64,000 bases of DNA from Dehalococcoidia bacterium (GTDB lineage Bacteria; Chloroflexota; Dehalococcoidia; Lucifugimonadales; UBA2985), in the NCBI GenBank assembly GCA_034421435.1, contig DAOUKJ010000040.1:21373-85372 (forward strand), given 5' to 3'. The position numbers and the translations under genes are program-made. Of this stretch, positions 23,248-32,649 are shown piece after piece (within the stretch, counting starts at the first letter, position 1; each line of letters begins with the position of its first letter). The notes beneath the pieces are model-generated. The model saw nothing but the letters and a program-made list of their open reading frames with translations. It searched no databases and was not told the DNA's origin.

Positions 23248-24078
23248 ATGTCTTACGAGCTGACAGTTCTGCATCTTGTGACGCTGCCACTAATAGGCGC
23301 CGCAGTTGCCGCAATGGGTACGCTGGTAGGACTGGGCGGCGGATTCGTGCTTGTGCCCCTGCTGCTCTTCATGTTTCCGGACGAGTCGCCGGCGGTCATT
23401 TCCAGCATCTCGCTCACAGTCGTCTTCCTCAACGCTGCGTCGGCGACTGTGAGCCACTACCGGGAGCGGCGCATCGACTTCAAGACGGCGGCGCTGCTCG
23501 CCATAGGTGGCATACCTGCGGCCGTAGTCGGTGCGATAGCAGCCAGCCGAGTGACCAGGGACGCATTCGAGGTCTACATGGGAATCGTGTTGATCCTCGG
23601 CGCCGTGTACGTGCTGTGGCGTAGCACTAGGGCCGTTGAGCTGCAGGGGGACGTAGAGCACCAGCCCAACAGGGAGATTCGGGAGCGGATGGGCCGCACC
23701 TATCGATTCTACGTTAGCACGCTAATGGCGGCGGGGATAAGCCCCGTGTCCGGCTACATCTCGAGCTTCTTCGGCATCGGTGGGGGAGTCGTGAACGTGC
23801 CCGCAATGACGTTCCTCCTCAGGATGCCGCCGCGAGTTGTGGCGCCCACCGCCATGCTGCTGCTTGTGGTGACGTCTTCCTCAAGCCTCATCACGCGCAT
23901 AGCCACCGGCCAGTTCGACGATGGATGGCGCAGGGCGGCACTGCTGGGCGTGGGCGCGCTGGTGGGGGCGCAGATCGGGATCTACCTCAGGTCGCGGGTT
24001 GACCACCGCATTGTTCTGGTGATCCTGGCGGCCTCGATGATACTGGTTGGGTCCAGGCAGCTCATCGTCGGCATCTAG
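23248..24078 (+). CDS. TSUP (TauE/SafE) family sulfite/anion exporter
   Basis: 276 aa, about 8 TM segments, with repeated GxGGGxxxVP motifs (LVGLGGGFVLVPLL; FFGIGGGVVNVPAM). Confidence 0.85.
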   Translation: MSYELTVLHLVTLPLIGAAVAAMGTLVGLGGGFVLVPLLLFMFPDESPAVISSISLTVVFLNAASATVSHYRERRIDFKTAALLAIGGIPAAVVGAIAASRVTRDAFEVYMGIVLILGAVYVLWRSTRAVELQGDVEHQPNREIRERMGRTYRFYVSTLMAAGISPVSGYISSFFGIGGGVVNVPAMTFLLRMPPRVVAPTAMLLLVVTSSSSLITRIATGQFDDGWRRAALLGVGALVGAQIGIYLRSRVDHRIVLVILAASMILVGSRQLIVGI

Positions 24079-24087
24079 GCGGGCCTT

Positions 24088-24750
24088 TCACCCAAGGCCG
24101 ATTGCAGCGTTGCCCCGCCTCTCTCGGTAGCTCTGCTCCAATGTGCGAAACCTCTCGCCGTACTCCGGCGAGAAGATTGGCGCGGTGGTCATGATGTAGG
24201 CGTCCTCGTGGTTGTCGGTGTAGTACCTCTTGCGCAGCCCGGTCTGGTCGAAACCGTACTTGGTGTAGAGCGACTGGGCCACGCGGTTGGAGACTCGCAC
24301 CTCAAGGGTAACGACGCGCGACTTCCTCCGCATTGCCATCTCGATTGACGACATGAGCAGCAGTTCGCCCAATCCTCTGCCCCGGTGCGACTCTCGCACC
24401 GCGATGCCTGTCACGTGTGCCTCGTCGGTCATGTAGACGGTGGTCACGTAGCCGGCAATGAACTCGGCCGGTCCTTTAATGGCCTGCCGGTAGTTTCGCC
24501 CGCGGAAGATGTGCGCGAGGAATCCAACGAAGCCCCGAGGCTGATCGGCGCCGACCTCAGCTTCAGGTGACGCGTCCGGGAGAGAATCGTCGTGCTCGGG
24601 TGGCAGGCAGACCACCAGGACGCAGATTGATTCCCTCAGGAGGTCTCGTTTGAAGGGAGTTGCGGGCCGGTTGGTGGGGAAGGCTTCCTTCTCGATCTCC
24701 GCCAGCTGCGGGACATCCTCTTCCCGGGCGAGCCTTACGGCGTATGGCAA
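24088..24750 (-). CDS. rimI: GNAT N-acetyltransferase, RimI-like
   Basis: 220 aa with VRLAREEDVPQLAEIEKEAF at the N-terminus and the acetyl-CoA motif RGRGLGELLL. It has a long internal insertion compared with canonical RimI. Confidence 0.7.
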   Translation of the reverse strand: MPYAVRLAREEDVPQLAEIEKEAFPTNRPATPFKRDLLRESICVLVVCLPPEHDDSLPDASPEAEVGADQPRGFVGFLAHIFRGRNYRQAIKGPAEFIAGYVTTVYMTDEAHVTGIAVRESHRGRGLGELLLMSSIEMAMRRKSRVVTLEVRVSNRVAQSLYTKYGFDQTGLRKRYYTDNHEDAYIMTTAPIFSPEYGERFRTLEQSYRERRGNAAIGLG

Positions 24751-24999
24751 AATGGCGCTCTCTGAGGTGCGGCAGGTGTTTGGTAGTGGATTTTACCACA
24801 GATTGGAAGCTAGAGGCACGGGCTGGATTGGGCGCCTCCAGCATCAGCACCCTTCGTTGTCTACCGCTCCGTGCGTGTGCTACACTGTGGTGAGAACTCC
24901 ACACTGCGGCGCTAATGGCCTACGGCATCTCCACACCCGGAACGCACGCTCCCGCGGAGTGCCCGCGCTGCTCGCCGAGCGGATCCGGGGCGCTCTGAC

Positions 25000-25602
25000 G
25001 TGACCGCGCTTGTCGTCCTTATCCTCACTCTCATGGCAGACCAGGCCACCAAGGGACTGGTCACGCGTACCATGTCGCCCGGGCAGTCCATCCCTGACGA
25101 GGGCATTGTCCGAGCGACGTACGTGGTCAACTCAGGCAGCGCCTTCGGCCTGTTTCCCGACCAGACCCTATTGCTGACATTTGCCTCCCTGGTAGGCATC
25201 GGAGTGCTTCTGTACTTCTATCGCACTCACCCCGTGGAAAGCCTCATGCTCCGGCTCAGTCTCGGGCTGATGCTGGGGGGTGCAATGGGCAACCTGATCG
25301 ACCGCGTCCGGCTGGGTCACGTGGTAGACTTCATTGACGTTGGGGCGTGGCCAGTCTTCAATATCGCTGACTCTTCAATCGTCGTGGGACTGATTGGCCT
25401 GATGTGGACCGTCGCGTCCGCGAAGCACGGCGAACGCGCACCGGTCGAGCCGACGCCCGCGGTAGTGTTCACGCCCGCAGAGAGGGACTGGACGGAGCAG
25501 GCGCCCGACGCCTGGTTCGACGAATACAACGACCATATAGGCGGCGCCGCAACGGTTCCGGCAGACATGCAGCAGACCAGGAGGGAGAAGGCGTGGGAGT
25601 AG
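25000..25602 (+). CDS. lspA: Signal peptidase II (lipoprotein signal peptidase)
   Basis: GTG start. It has NSGSAFGLF and FNIADSSIVVG catalytic Asp motifs, plus a C-terminal extension of about 40 aa. Confidence 0.92.
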   Translation: MTALVVLILTLMADQATKGLVTRTMSPGQSIPDEGIVRATYVVNSGSAFGLFPDQTLLLTFASLVGIGVLLYFYRTHPVESLMLRLSLGLMLGGAMGNLIDRVRLGHVVDFIDVGAWPVFNIADSSIVVGLIGLMWTVASAKHGERAPVEPTPAVVFTPAERDWTEQAPDAWFDEYNDHIGGAATVPADMQQTRREKAWE

Positions 25603-26552
25603 TGCGCAGGCTGGTGGCCGATGTGCCCGGGGAGAGGCTCGACCGCTTCCTGGCCGACCGGCATGGCGACCTGTCCCGCTCTCACGTCTCGGGCCTCGTC
25701 GGAAGGGGCCTGGTCAGGGTGAACGGCGCGCCCGCGAAGGCGTCATACAGGCTGAGGGGCGGCGAGACGGTTGAGGTGGAGATCATGCCTCCGGAGCCTA
25801 CTCATTTGGCCCCGCAGGACATACCGCTGGCCGTTGTGTACGAGGACGCCGACGTACTGGTGGTGGATAAGCCGGCGGGTATGGTCGTACATCCCGCGCC
25901 GGGGCATCCCATCGGTACGCTGGTCAACGCGCTCTTGGGCCGCATGCCTGAGCTTGCGCGCAACGATGATGGGCTGAGACCCGGAATCGTGCACCGGCTT
26001 GACAGGGACACCTCAGGGCTGATGGTGGTCGCCAAGAACCGGCGGTCGCACGAGTACGTCGCGAGGCAGCTGAAGGAGCGGGCGGTCAGGAAGGTGTACA
26101 CGGCACTGGTGGAGGGGCGGCTGGAGCCGGAGGAGGGCACCGTTGTGGCCCCCATCGGCAGGGACCCGCGGAACCGCAAGCGCATGGCCATCGTGCAGGG
26201 CGGCCGCGATGCGGAGACGGCTTATGGAGTTCTGGACAGGCTGCCCGGCTTCACGCTCGTGGAGGCCTATCCGAAGACTGGCAGGACGCACCAGATCAGA
26301 GTACACTTCGCCTCGTTGGGGCATCCGCTTGCCGGCGACGGCGTTTACGGCGCGCGTGACATTGGGCTTGGCCGCCACTTCCTGCATGCCGGCGTGCTGG
26401 GGTTCCGGCTGCCCGGCGACGGGCGGTACGTCGAGCACTTTGCGCCGCTGCCGCCGGAGCTGTCGGGGTTGCTGGCGAGCCTGCGGAGCGAGGCAGAGCC
26501 GTTGCTGGCAGCGGCAGGCCGGTCGTCGCGGCAGTCACCGGAGAGGAGCTGA
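25593..26552 (+). CDS. rluD: RluA-family 23S rRNA pseudouridine synthase (RluD-like)
   Basis: In-frame GTG at 25593 after GAGGGAG overlaps the lspA stop. It has an S4 domain (RLDRFLA), the catalytic HRLDRDTSGLMVVAK and TGRTHQIRVH. The track's 5' extension is a shadow. Confidence 0.92.
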   Translation: MGVVRRLVADVPGERLDRFLADRHGDLSRSHVSGLVGRGLVRVNGAPAKASYRLRGGETVEVEIMPPEPTHLAPQDIPLAVVYEDADVLVVDKPAGMVVHPAPGHPIGTLVNALLGRMPELARNDDGLRPGIVHRLDRDTSGLMVVAKNRRSHEYVARQLKERAVRKVYTALVEGRLEPEEGTVVAPIGRDPRNRKRMAIVQGGRDAETAYGVLDRLPGFTLVEAYPKTGRTHQIRVHFASLGHPLAGDGVYGARDIGLGRHFLHAGVLGFRLPGDGRYVEHFAPLPPELSGLLASLRSEAEPLLAAAGRSSRQSPERS

Positions 26553-26555
26553 CAA

Positions 26556-28016
26556 ATGTCGACAGACCGAGTGAGGGTCAGGTACGCGCCCAGTCCGACG
26601 GGAGACCCGCACGTTGGCAACATCAGGACGGCGCTCTTTGCCTGGCTCTTCGCGCGCAACACCGGAGGCGACTTCATCGTTCGCATTGAGGACACGGACA
26701 CTGCGCGCACTCAGGAGGGGTCTCTGGAGGCCATACTGGAGTCGTTGAGGTGGCTTGGTCTGGACTGGGACGAGGGGCCCGAAGTCGGCGGCCCACACTA
26801 CCCCTACGTGCAGTCGCAGAGACTGGAGCTGTACCAGGGCGCAGCCCGTTCCCTGGTGGAGGCCGGTTGCGCCTACTACTGCAACTGCTCGTCGGAGCGC
26901 CTGCAGGAGATGCGCAAGGAGCAGCAGCGGCTGAAGCAGCCCACCGGATACGACAGGCGATGCCGAAACGCAGAGCTTGGGCCGGACGTCGATCCGAAGC
27001 CGGTTGTGCGCTTCAAGATGCCGCTGGAAGGCGAGACCACGATCAACGACCTGATCCGCGGCGAGGTGACATTCGCAAATGCCATCGTGGACGACTTCGT
27101 GATGCTTAAGTCTGACGGCTACCCGACTTATCACCTGGCGAGCACGGTCGACGACCACCTGATGGACATCTCCCACGTCCTACGCGCCGAGGAGTGGCTG
27201 CCGAGCACGCCGCGACACGTCCAACTGTACAACGCTCTCGGATACGACATGCCGCTGGTCGCGCACCTGCCAATCATCCTGGGGCCGGACAAGTCCAAGC
27301 TGAGCAAGCGTCACGGCGACGTGGCCCTGCTCCAGTACCGAGAGATGGGATTCCTCCCGGAGGCCATGGTCAACTTCCTGGCGCTGCTGGGATGGTCTCT
27401 TGACGACCACACCGAGCTGCTCTCCCTCGATGAGCTCGTAGGCAACTTCTCTATAGAGCGAATCGTGCGGTCCGCGGCCGTGTTCAACCTGGAGAAGCTG
27501 ACCTGGATGAACGGCGTGTACATTCGCAACCTTGGCGAGGAGGAGCTGGCGGAGCGAATCTCCGGGGTGCTTGAGGACACGCTTTCGCCGGACGTGCCCC
27601 GGCCCGTATCCTTGGACTACGTTCGCTCAATCACCCCCTTGGTGCGGGAGCGCATCAGGACGATGGCCGACGTGCCCGAGCTGACGGACTTCTTCTTCCT
27701 GCCGGACCTGGACTATCCTCCCGACGACCTGGTCCAGCGGGGACTCGAACGGGAAGACACGGCGAAGGCGCTCGATTCCACGCTGGAGAAGCTCTCGGCA
27801 GTGGGGGAGTGGACGGACGAGGCGTTGGAGGGGGAGCTGAGGCCGCTGGCCGAGGAGCTGAGCATGAAGACCGGCCAGCTCTTCGGGGCCATCCGCGTTG
27901 CCGTGACGGGTCGAAAGGCGGCGCCGCCGCTGTTCGAGACGATGGCCGTCCTGGGCCGCGACGTGTGCCTGGAGAGGCTGCAAAAGGCCGCCGCTTCGCT
28001 ATCGAGAGTTGACTAG
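26556..28016 (+). CDS. gltX: Glutamate--tRNA ligase
   Basis: RVRYAPSPTGDPHVGNIRTALF (HIGH-type) and KLSKRHG (KMSKS-type). 486 aa. Confidence 0.97.
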   Translation: MSTDRVRVRYAPSPTGDPHVGNIRTALFAWLFARNTGGDFIVRIEDTDTARTQEGSLEAILESLRWLGLDWDEGPEVGGPHYPYVQSQRLELYQGAARSLVEAGCAYYCNCSSERLQEMRKEQQRLKQPTGYDRRCRNAELGPDVDPKPVVRFKMPLEGETTINDLIRGEVTFANAIVDDFVMLKSDGYPTYHLASTVDDHLMDISHVLRAEEWLPSTPRHVQLYNALGYDMPLVAHLPIILGPDKSKLSKRHGDVALLQYREMGFLPEAMVNFLALLGWSLDDHTELLSLDELVGNFSIERIVRSAAVFNLEKLTWMNGVYIRNLGEEELAERISGVLEDTLSPDVPRPVSLDYVRSITPLVRERIRTMADVPELTDFFFLPDLDYPPDDLVQRGLEREDTAKALDSTLEKLSAVGEWTDEALEGELRPLAEELSMKTGQLFGAIRVAVTGRKAAPPLFETMAVLGRDVCLERLQKAAASLSRVD

Positions 28017-28144
28017 GTGGGCGTAGAACCCTACAATTCCAGTAACCCTTCCGCAGTGGGCGGGTATGCCTTGGCCTTCGGAAGGCATGTGATCGGAAAC
28101 GAATGCAGCCGCATGCGCTGCTAGTCGAGCGAGGAGGAGTTGAC

Positions 28145-28468
28145 ATGACCGCACCTATGGCCGTAACCGACAGTGACTTTGAGCAGGAGGTACTGGAGGC
28201 TGAGACCCCGGTACTGGTGGACTTCTGGGCGGAGTGGTGCGCTCCCTGCAAGATGGTCGCTCCGGTAATCGACGACCTGGCTGAGGAGTACGACGGCAAA
28301 ATCAAGTTCACCAAGGTGGACGTGGACGTGAACCCTCAGACTGCCATGAAGTACGGGATTCGCAGCATCCCCACGCTTCTGGTGTTCAAGGGTGGCAGCC
28401 CCGTGGACCAGGTGGTGGGCGCGGTACCCAAGGCCGTCATCAAGAAGAGCCTGGACTCCACCCTCTAG
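28145..28468 (+). CDS. trxA: Thioredoxin
   Basis: The ATG at 28145 follows GAGGAGGAG. It has [18 protein letters not shown] and [14 protein letters not shown]. Confidence 0.96.
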   Translation: MTAPMAVTDSDFEQEVLEAETPVLVDFWAEWCAPCKMVAPVIDDLAEEYDGKIKFTKVDVDVNPQTAMKYGIRSIPTLLVFKGGSPVDQVVGAVPKAVIKKSLDSTL

Positions 28469-28538
28469 ATCAAGCGGACGGCGAGAGGTTTCTCCTCCCG
28501 GAAGAGGGGGCACCTGTCGTTGGGAGCAACGCAGCCGT

Positions 28539-28636
28539 GGGGGCGGATGGGCTCTGGTGGGCTTCGCGGACTTCAAATCCGTTGGTGGGCGCCCTACGGT
28601 GTCCACGGGGGGTTCGACTCCCTCCCGCTCCCGCCA
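28539..28636 (+). tRNA. selC: tRNA-Sec (anticodon UCA), selC
   Basis: Hand-folded from the 98-nt sequence. The 8-bp acceptor is GGGGGCGG/CCGCTCCC (one G-U). The 6-bp D stem carries a TGGT loop. The anticodon loop is CT-TCA-AA (TCA at 28573-28575). The extra arm is 9 bp with a 4-nt loop. The 5-bp T stem has a TTCGACT loop. Discriminator G and CCA are encoded. The 8/5 acceptor/T geometry is the bacterial tRNA-Sec hallmark. Confidence 0.9.
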
Positions 28637-28718
28637 GACTGGCGAGCAGGGCGGGACTAGATCACCTGTGGAGCCGGGTTGCGTTCCCCATAGTCGTCAG
28701 CGCTGACATAGGAGACAA

Positions 28719-29297
28719 ATGCCAGACAGACCTCTAAGAGTGGTGGGCTTTGCCGGCAGCCTGCGCAAGGCCTCACTGAACAGGATGCTCCTGGAGGCAG
28801 CCATTCGCGTGGCGCCCGAGGGCATGAGCATCGAGGAGCTGGACATCCGTGACGTGCCGCTCTACAACGGGGACATCGATGGCGAAGGCGCGCCGCAACC
28901 GGTTCTGGATCTCAAGCAATCGATAGCTGACGCGGACGGGCTGCTCATCGTGACGCCGGAGTACAACTGGGGCATTCCGGCAGTGACCAAGAACGTCATC
29001 GACTGGGCGTCCAGGCGCCAGTCGCCGCCGGGCAACGTCCTGATGGACAAGCCGGTCTCCATCATGTCCATTTCGGCAGGCTTTGGCATTGGCGCATACA
29101 CGCGCGGCCAGCTGCGCGCAGTGCTGATCTCGCCCAGGGGGGTACCGATGCCGTACGGCGACGTGGGCGTGTCCGGCGGGATGGCCAACTTCGACGAGGA
29201 TGGCAACCTGATCGACGAGGGTGTCCGCGACCGCCTGGTCGAGAATCTGACGGCATTTGCGGACTGGATCCGCAAGGTTTCGCCAAATGGAGCCTAG
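28719..29297 (+). CDS. NAD(P)H-dependent FMN reductase family oxidoreductase
   Basis: 192 aa with LRVVGFAGSLRKASLNRMLL and LLIVTPEYNWGIPAVTKNVIDWASR (FMN_red family signature). Confidence 0.85.
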   Translation: MPDRPLRVVGFAGSLRKASLNRMLLEAAIRVAPEGMSIEELDIRDVPLYNGDIDGEGAPQPVLDLKQSIADADGLLIVTPEYNWGIPAVTKNVIDWASRRQSPPGNVLMDKPVSIMSISAGFGIGAYTRGQLRAVLISPRGVPMPYGDVGVSGGMANFDEDGNLIDEGVRDRLVENLTAFADWIRKVSPNGA

Positions 29298-29346
29298 CCC
29301 AAGTCCGGGGCGGTTCGCTGCCCGGCGCTGGAGGTAAACCGGCATC

Positions 29347-29532
29347 ATGGGAAACGTGATACTCAACATTGTGGCGGCCTTGGTGGCGGCCGCCGTGACG
29401 TGGGCTGCGATCTACTACTGCCCGCCTCCGCTGGCGACCCGCATCGAGAGGGCGGCCTTTATTCTCGCGGCGCCTGCCCGGTGGGTCTCGAGGCCCTTCC
29501 TTCGGTACATGGGCATCATCGACCGGTACTAG
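29347..29532 (+). CDS. Small hypothetical membrane protein
   Basis: 61 aa with one clear TM segment (ILNIVAALVAAAVTWAAIYY). There is no other support. Confidence 0.3.
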   Translation: MGNVILNIVAALVAAAVTWAAIYYCPPPLATRIERAAFILAAPARWVSRPFLRYMGIIDRY

Positions 29533-29585
29533 TCTCGGCTGGCTCGTAGTCAGCGGCCCGGCCGCGTGTCGGGCTTGAATCGCAC

Positions 29586-29614
29586 TTGCATCGAGCGAAC
29601 AGGCGTGCTATACT
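29586..29614 (+). promoter_or_regulatory. Sigma70-like promoter candidate (TTGCAT-17-TATACT)
   Basis: TTGCAT at 29586-29591 and TATACT at 29609-29614, about 45 nt upstream of the HTH gene ATG. Confidence 0.45.
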
Positions 29615-29657
29615 CCCTCCGTCATATTTCATACCCTTGAGTGGAAGGAGTGGAGCC

Positions 29658-29867
29658 ATGTTCGATGATAGACTGGCGCTGTCGGTCAAAGAGGTGGCCC
29701 GGCAGCTTGGCCTCAGCACAGATTCCGTGTACGAGGCGGTGCACAAGGGACGCATCCCCAGCGTGAGGCTGAGCCGTCGCGGTCGCATACTGATACCGCG
29801 CGCAACCGTGGAGCGCATGATGGAGGCAGGCGCGGGCGAGGAGAGGCTCCCCGTCGCTTCTGCGTAG
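29658..29867 (+). CDS. Excisionase-family / MerR-like helix-turn-helix DNA-binding protein (HTH_17 type)
   Basis: The ATG at 29658 follows GGAAGGAGTGGAG. LSVKEVARQLGLSTDSVYEAVHKGRIPSVRL...ILIPRATVERMM is the typical excisionase/HTH_17 pattern. Confidence 0.75.
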   Translation: MFDDRLALSVKEVARQLGLSTDSVYEAVHKGRIPSVRLSRRGRILIPRATVERMMEAGAGEERLPVASA

Positions 29868-29994
29868 CTCGTAGGCCGGCCCGCGGCGGCAACGCGCCAG
29901 GATAGGCGCAGCGTTGGCCGCAGTTGGCCGCGCAGGTGGTTTGACTGGTATGGCGGTCACCGCCATGCTGCCCATACTCTTCTGGAGGTGAAAC

Positions 29995-30414
29995 GTGTAC
30001 GAGGAAAGCGTCCTGGGACTCGATGATGCCACAAAGGCTATGCAGGCGATTCTGGAACAGGCTCTGAAGGAACCGGAGCGCCCCATCGCGGTCGCCATCG
30101 TCGACGCCAATGGCAAGCTGGTGCACTACGCACGAATGGACCGCTGCCGCGCCCTCCCGCAGCAGATCGCCTTCAAGAAGGCGTACACCGCAGCCGTCAT
30201 GCGCAGCGACACGGCGGCGCTCGCGGAGCGGTTCCAGAGCATGGGGCGGAACATCAGCGACTTCGGCGACCCCAACTTGCTCGCGCTCCAGGGCGGCGTG
30301 CTGGTGCTGCGGCCCGGCGACGACGCGTGTCTAGGGGCGATCGGCGTCAGCGGCCTCAGCGCGCAGGAAGACGAAGACCTGGCGAAGCTGGGCATACAGG
30401 CTATGGGCCTGTAG
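29995..30414 (+). CDS. GlcG/HbpS-family heme-binding protein (DUF336)
   Basis: 139 aa with IAVAIVDANGKLV, ALQGGVLV and GAIGVSGLSAQEDEDLA. Confidence 0.85.
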   Translation: MYEESVLGLDDATKAMQAILEQALKEPERPIAVAIVDANGKLVHYARMDRCRALPQQIAFKKAYTAAVMRSDTAALAERFQSMGRNISDFGDPNLLALQGGVLVLRPGDDACLGAIGVSGLSAQEDEDLAKLGIQAMGL

Positions 30415-30436
30415 CCCTCCGCAAGGTATCCTCAGC

Positions 30437-31093
30437 ATGAACCCAGCGTCGGTGACCATTGACGGGCCGGCCGGCAGACTTGAGGGCCGCCTCCATCTGC
30501 CGGACGAAAGCGCGCCAAATGCGGGCGTCGTGGTGTGTCACCCGCATCCGCTCATGGGCGGCGACATGCACAACAACGTGGTGATGGGCGTGTGCCGCGA
30601 GCTGGTCGGATCGGGAATGGCCGTTCTGCGCTTCAACTTTCGAGGCGTTGGCGCGAGCGCCGGCACGCACGACCAAGGCAGGGGAGAGGTGGAGGACGCC
30701 CAGGAGGCGCTGCGATACCTGTCGGAACTACCGGAGCTAGGCGGCAGGGCGATCGGCCTGGCCGGTTATTCGTTCGGAGCGGGAGTTGCCGTGAAAGCTG
30801 CATTCGCCTGCGACACGGCGTCCGCGCTTTCCGTGATTGGCAGGGCGAGGGTTGACCCCGACGACGGCCTCGCGCGCAGGCCATCATTGCCGGTGCAGTT
30901 CATCATTGGCGAGCGGGACAGGCAGATGGCCCCGGAGCACGCCGAAACGCTCAACACGGAGCTCACCGTTCCGCCGGATATGCACGTCATCGCCGGAGCA
31001 GACCACTTCTTCGGGGGGCGCGAGCGCGAGGTCGGGTTGCTCGTTGCCGGTTTCTTTCGTGCGAGCCTGAAGCCGGAGGTCTCGCGAGCGTGA
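30437..31093 (+). CDS. Alpha/beta hydrolase (COG2945-type), paralog 1
   Basis: 218 aa with VVCHPHPLMGGDMHNNVV, LRFNFRGVGASAG and GYSFGA nucleophile-elbow-like motifs. Confidence 0.8.
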   Translation: MNPASVTIDGPAGRLEGRLHLPDESAPNAGVVVCHPHPLMGGDMHNNVVMGVCRELVGSGMAVLRFNFRGVGASAGTHDQGRGEVEDAQEALRYLSELPELGGRAIGLAGYSFGAGVAVKAAFACDTASALSVIGRARVDPDDGLARRPSLPVQFIIGERDRQMAPEHAETLNTELTVPPDMHVIAGADHFFGGREREVGLLVAGFFRASLKPEVSRA

Positions 31094-31731
31094 GGCAGCA
31101 GGCCATCGGTTTCCGCGCGGGCAAGCTGACGCTGGAGGGCGTGCTCACGCTCCCCTCAAACGCGTCCGGGCCCTTTCCCGGCGTGGCGTTGTGCCATCCC
31201 CATCCCATGTTCGGCGGCAACATGGACTCGCCCATCGTGCAGGCGCTCTGCGCGGCTCTCAACGACAGAGGCGCGGCGACGTTGCGCTTCAATTTTCGCG
31301 GCGTCGGGTCCAGCGATGGCGGTTTCGACCGCGGGGAGCTAGAGCAGGACGACCTGCGGGCCGCGGTTGACACGCTGCGCCGGTGGCCGGGCGTCGACGG
31401 CAAGAGGATCGGAGTGGCGGGCGCGTCGTTCGGCGCTGTGGTTGCGCTGGAGGCAGCGCGGAGGCTGAAGGCGGTGGGCGCGCTAGCGGCCCTCGCGCCG
31501 ACGATTGGCGGGGTGCGCAGGGCCAAGCTGGGCGGCTTCAAGGGCCAGAAGCTGATAGTGGTGGGAGACCGCGACCTGCTGGTGCCGCATGAGGAGCTCG
31601 CGGGCCTGGTTGCAGAGATGCCGCCGCCGACGGAGTGGGAGGTGATGGCTGGCGCAGACCACACCTTCACCGGGTTCGAGGCTGCGGCGGCGGAGCGGGC
31701 TGCGGGCTTCCTGGCGGCGGTGTTGGGGTGA
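31090..31731 (+). CDS. Alpha/beta hydrolase (COG2945-type), paralog 2
   Basis: 213 aa with ALCHPHPMFGGNMDSPIV, LRFNFRGVGSSDG and GASFGA. The GTG start overlaps the stop of paralog 1 (GTGA). Confidence 0.8.
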   Translation: MRQQAIGFRAGKLTLEGVLTLPSNASGPFPGVALCHPHPMFGGNMDSPIVQALCAALNDRGAATLRFNFRGVGSSDGGFDRGELEQDDLRAAVDTLRRWPGVDGKRIGVAGASFGAVVALEAARRLKAVGALAALAPTIGGVRRAKLGGFKGQKLIVVGDRDLLVPHEELAGLVAEMPPPTEWEVMAGADHTFTGFEAAAAERAAGFLAAVLG

Positions 31732-31744
31732 ACACGAGAGGTAC

Positions 31745-32452
31745 TTGAACACGGTCGCTATGCCTGAGTTTCAGAACGACGAAGCCACCATGATGATGAA
31801 AAAGTGGATTTGCCCCAGCTGCAAGAGCGCGTACATCCTGCCCAGGCACTCCAAGCACGAAAGACGTCATTGGCGTTGCTACACTTGTGGGAAGACCTTC
31901 AAATCACCGCTTGAGGTCGCCGCTGGCTGCAATGCCCCAACCCTTGATCAGCCCTTGACGAGCGTTCAAAGGCCAGAAGGTTGGACAGAATTAGTTGAGG
32001 CATACTCAGGTCCGTACTCGTTTCCCGCTGATCGGATGATGTACTCAGAGCGACCGCGTGCCTTGGCGTCAGGCTACGATCCGAGAGAGAAGCGCCGTCG
32101 AGCTACTATCGTGGCTGAGCAGCATGGTCAAATTCTTCTGGTCCAGGAGATAGGTCGTCGAAGATTCAGTCTGCCAGGCGGGGGATTGAAGAACGGAGAG
32201 TCCGTGCTTCAAGCCGCCCATAGAGAGCTCAAGGAGGAAACCAGCCTGGAGATTGTCAAGGCGGAGTACCTGTTCGATCACGAAAGCCCTACGCAAAGTC
32301 ACAAGGTGGTATGGGCGACTGTCTGGGGACAAGTCCACATGCAGGAGAAGGAACTGGCCGGTTATAGATGGTGGAATACGGCCGAAGACGTCCCATTGGT
32401 GGGCTCCACGATCGAGATTGTGGACAGATTCAAGGTGACACATTCTCGGTGA
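31745..32452 (+). CDS. Zinc-ribbon + NUDIX hydrolase fusion protein
   Basis: N-terminal CPSCKSAY...WRCYTCGKTF (CxxC...CxxC). The Nudix box is GGGLKNGESVLQAAHRELKEETSL. The start is uncertain (TTG 31745, ATG 31760 or ATG 31790). The gene is visibly lower in G+C. Confidence 0.75.
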   Translation: MNTVAMPEFQNDEATMMMKKWICPSCKSAYILPRHSKHERRHWRCYTCGKTFKSPLEVAAGCNAPTLDQPLTSVQRPEGWTELVEAYSGPYSFPADRMMYSERPRALASGYDPREKRRRATIVAEQHGQILLVQEIGRRRFSLPGGGLKNGESVLQAAHRELKEETSLEIVKAEYLFDHESPTQSHKVVWATVWGQVHMQEKELAGYRWWNTAEDVPLVGSTIEIVDRFKVTHSR

Positions 32453-32649
32453 GCCATCCAGATACAAGAGAGCGGCGGAGCGGGTGGCGGGCTTCCTGGC
32501 GGCCGCGTTTGGGTGAGTGGGGGCGCCGTGCACAACCTAATGCGGCCTGTGTATGAGACAATCCAGACTCGGTGGCGGCGTTGAACGAGTCTGGATTGTG
32601 ATTCATCGTGGACAGGACTGAGTGGCCGAGCTAGTTCACCGTTAGGCTA

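Noticed and set aside
28017-28144. Hairpin ATGCCTT...AAGGCAT after gltX considered as a terminator or riboswitch
   Set aside because: The stem is only 7 bp with no U-tract, and it lies in the short trxA leader. Evidence is insufficient for a call.
29604-29625. Possible attR copy of the selC 3' end (ACTCCCTCC)
   Set aside because: Only 9 nt match the tRNA 3' end, and the match coincides with the -10/+1 region of a promoter. That is too short to call an att site.
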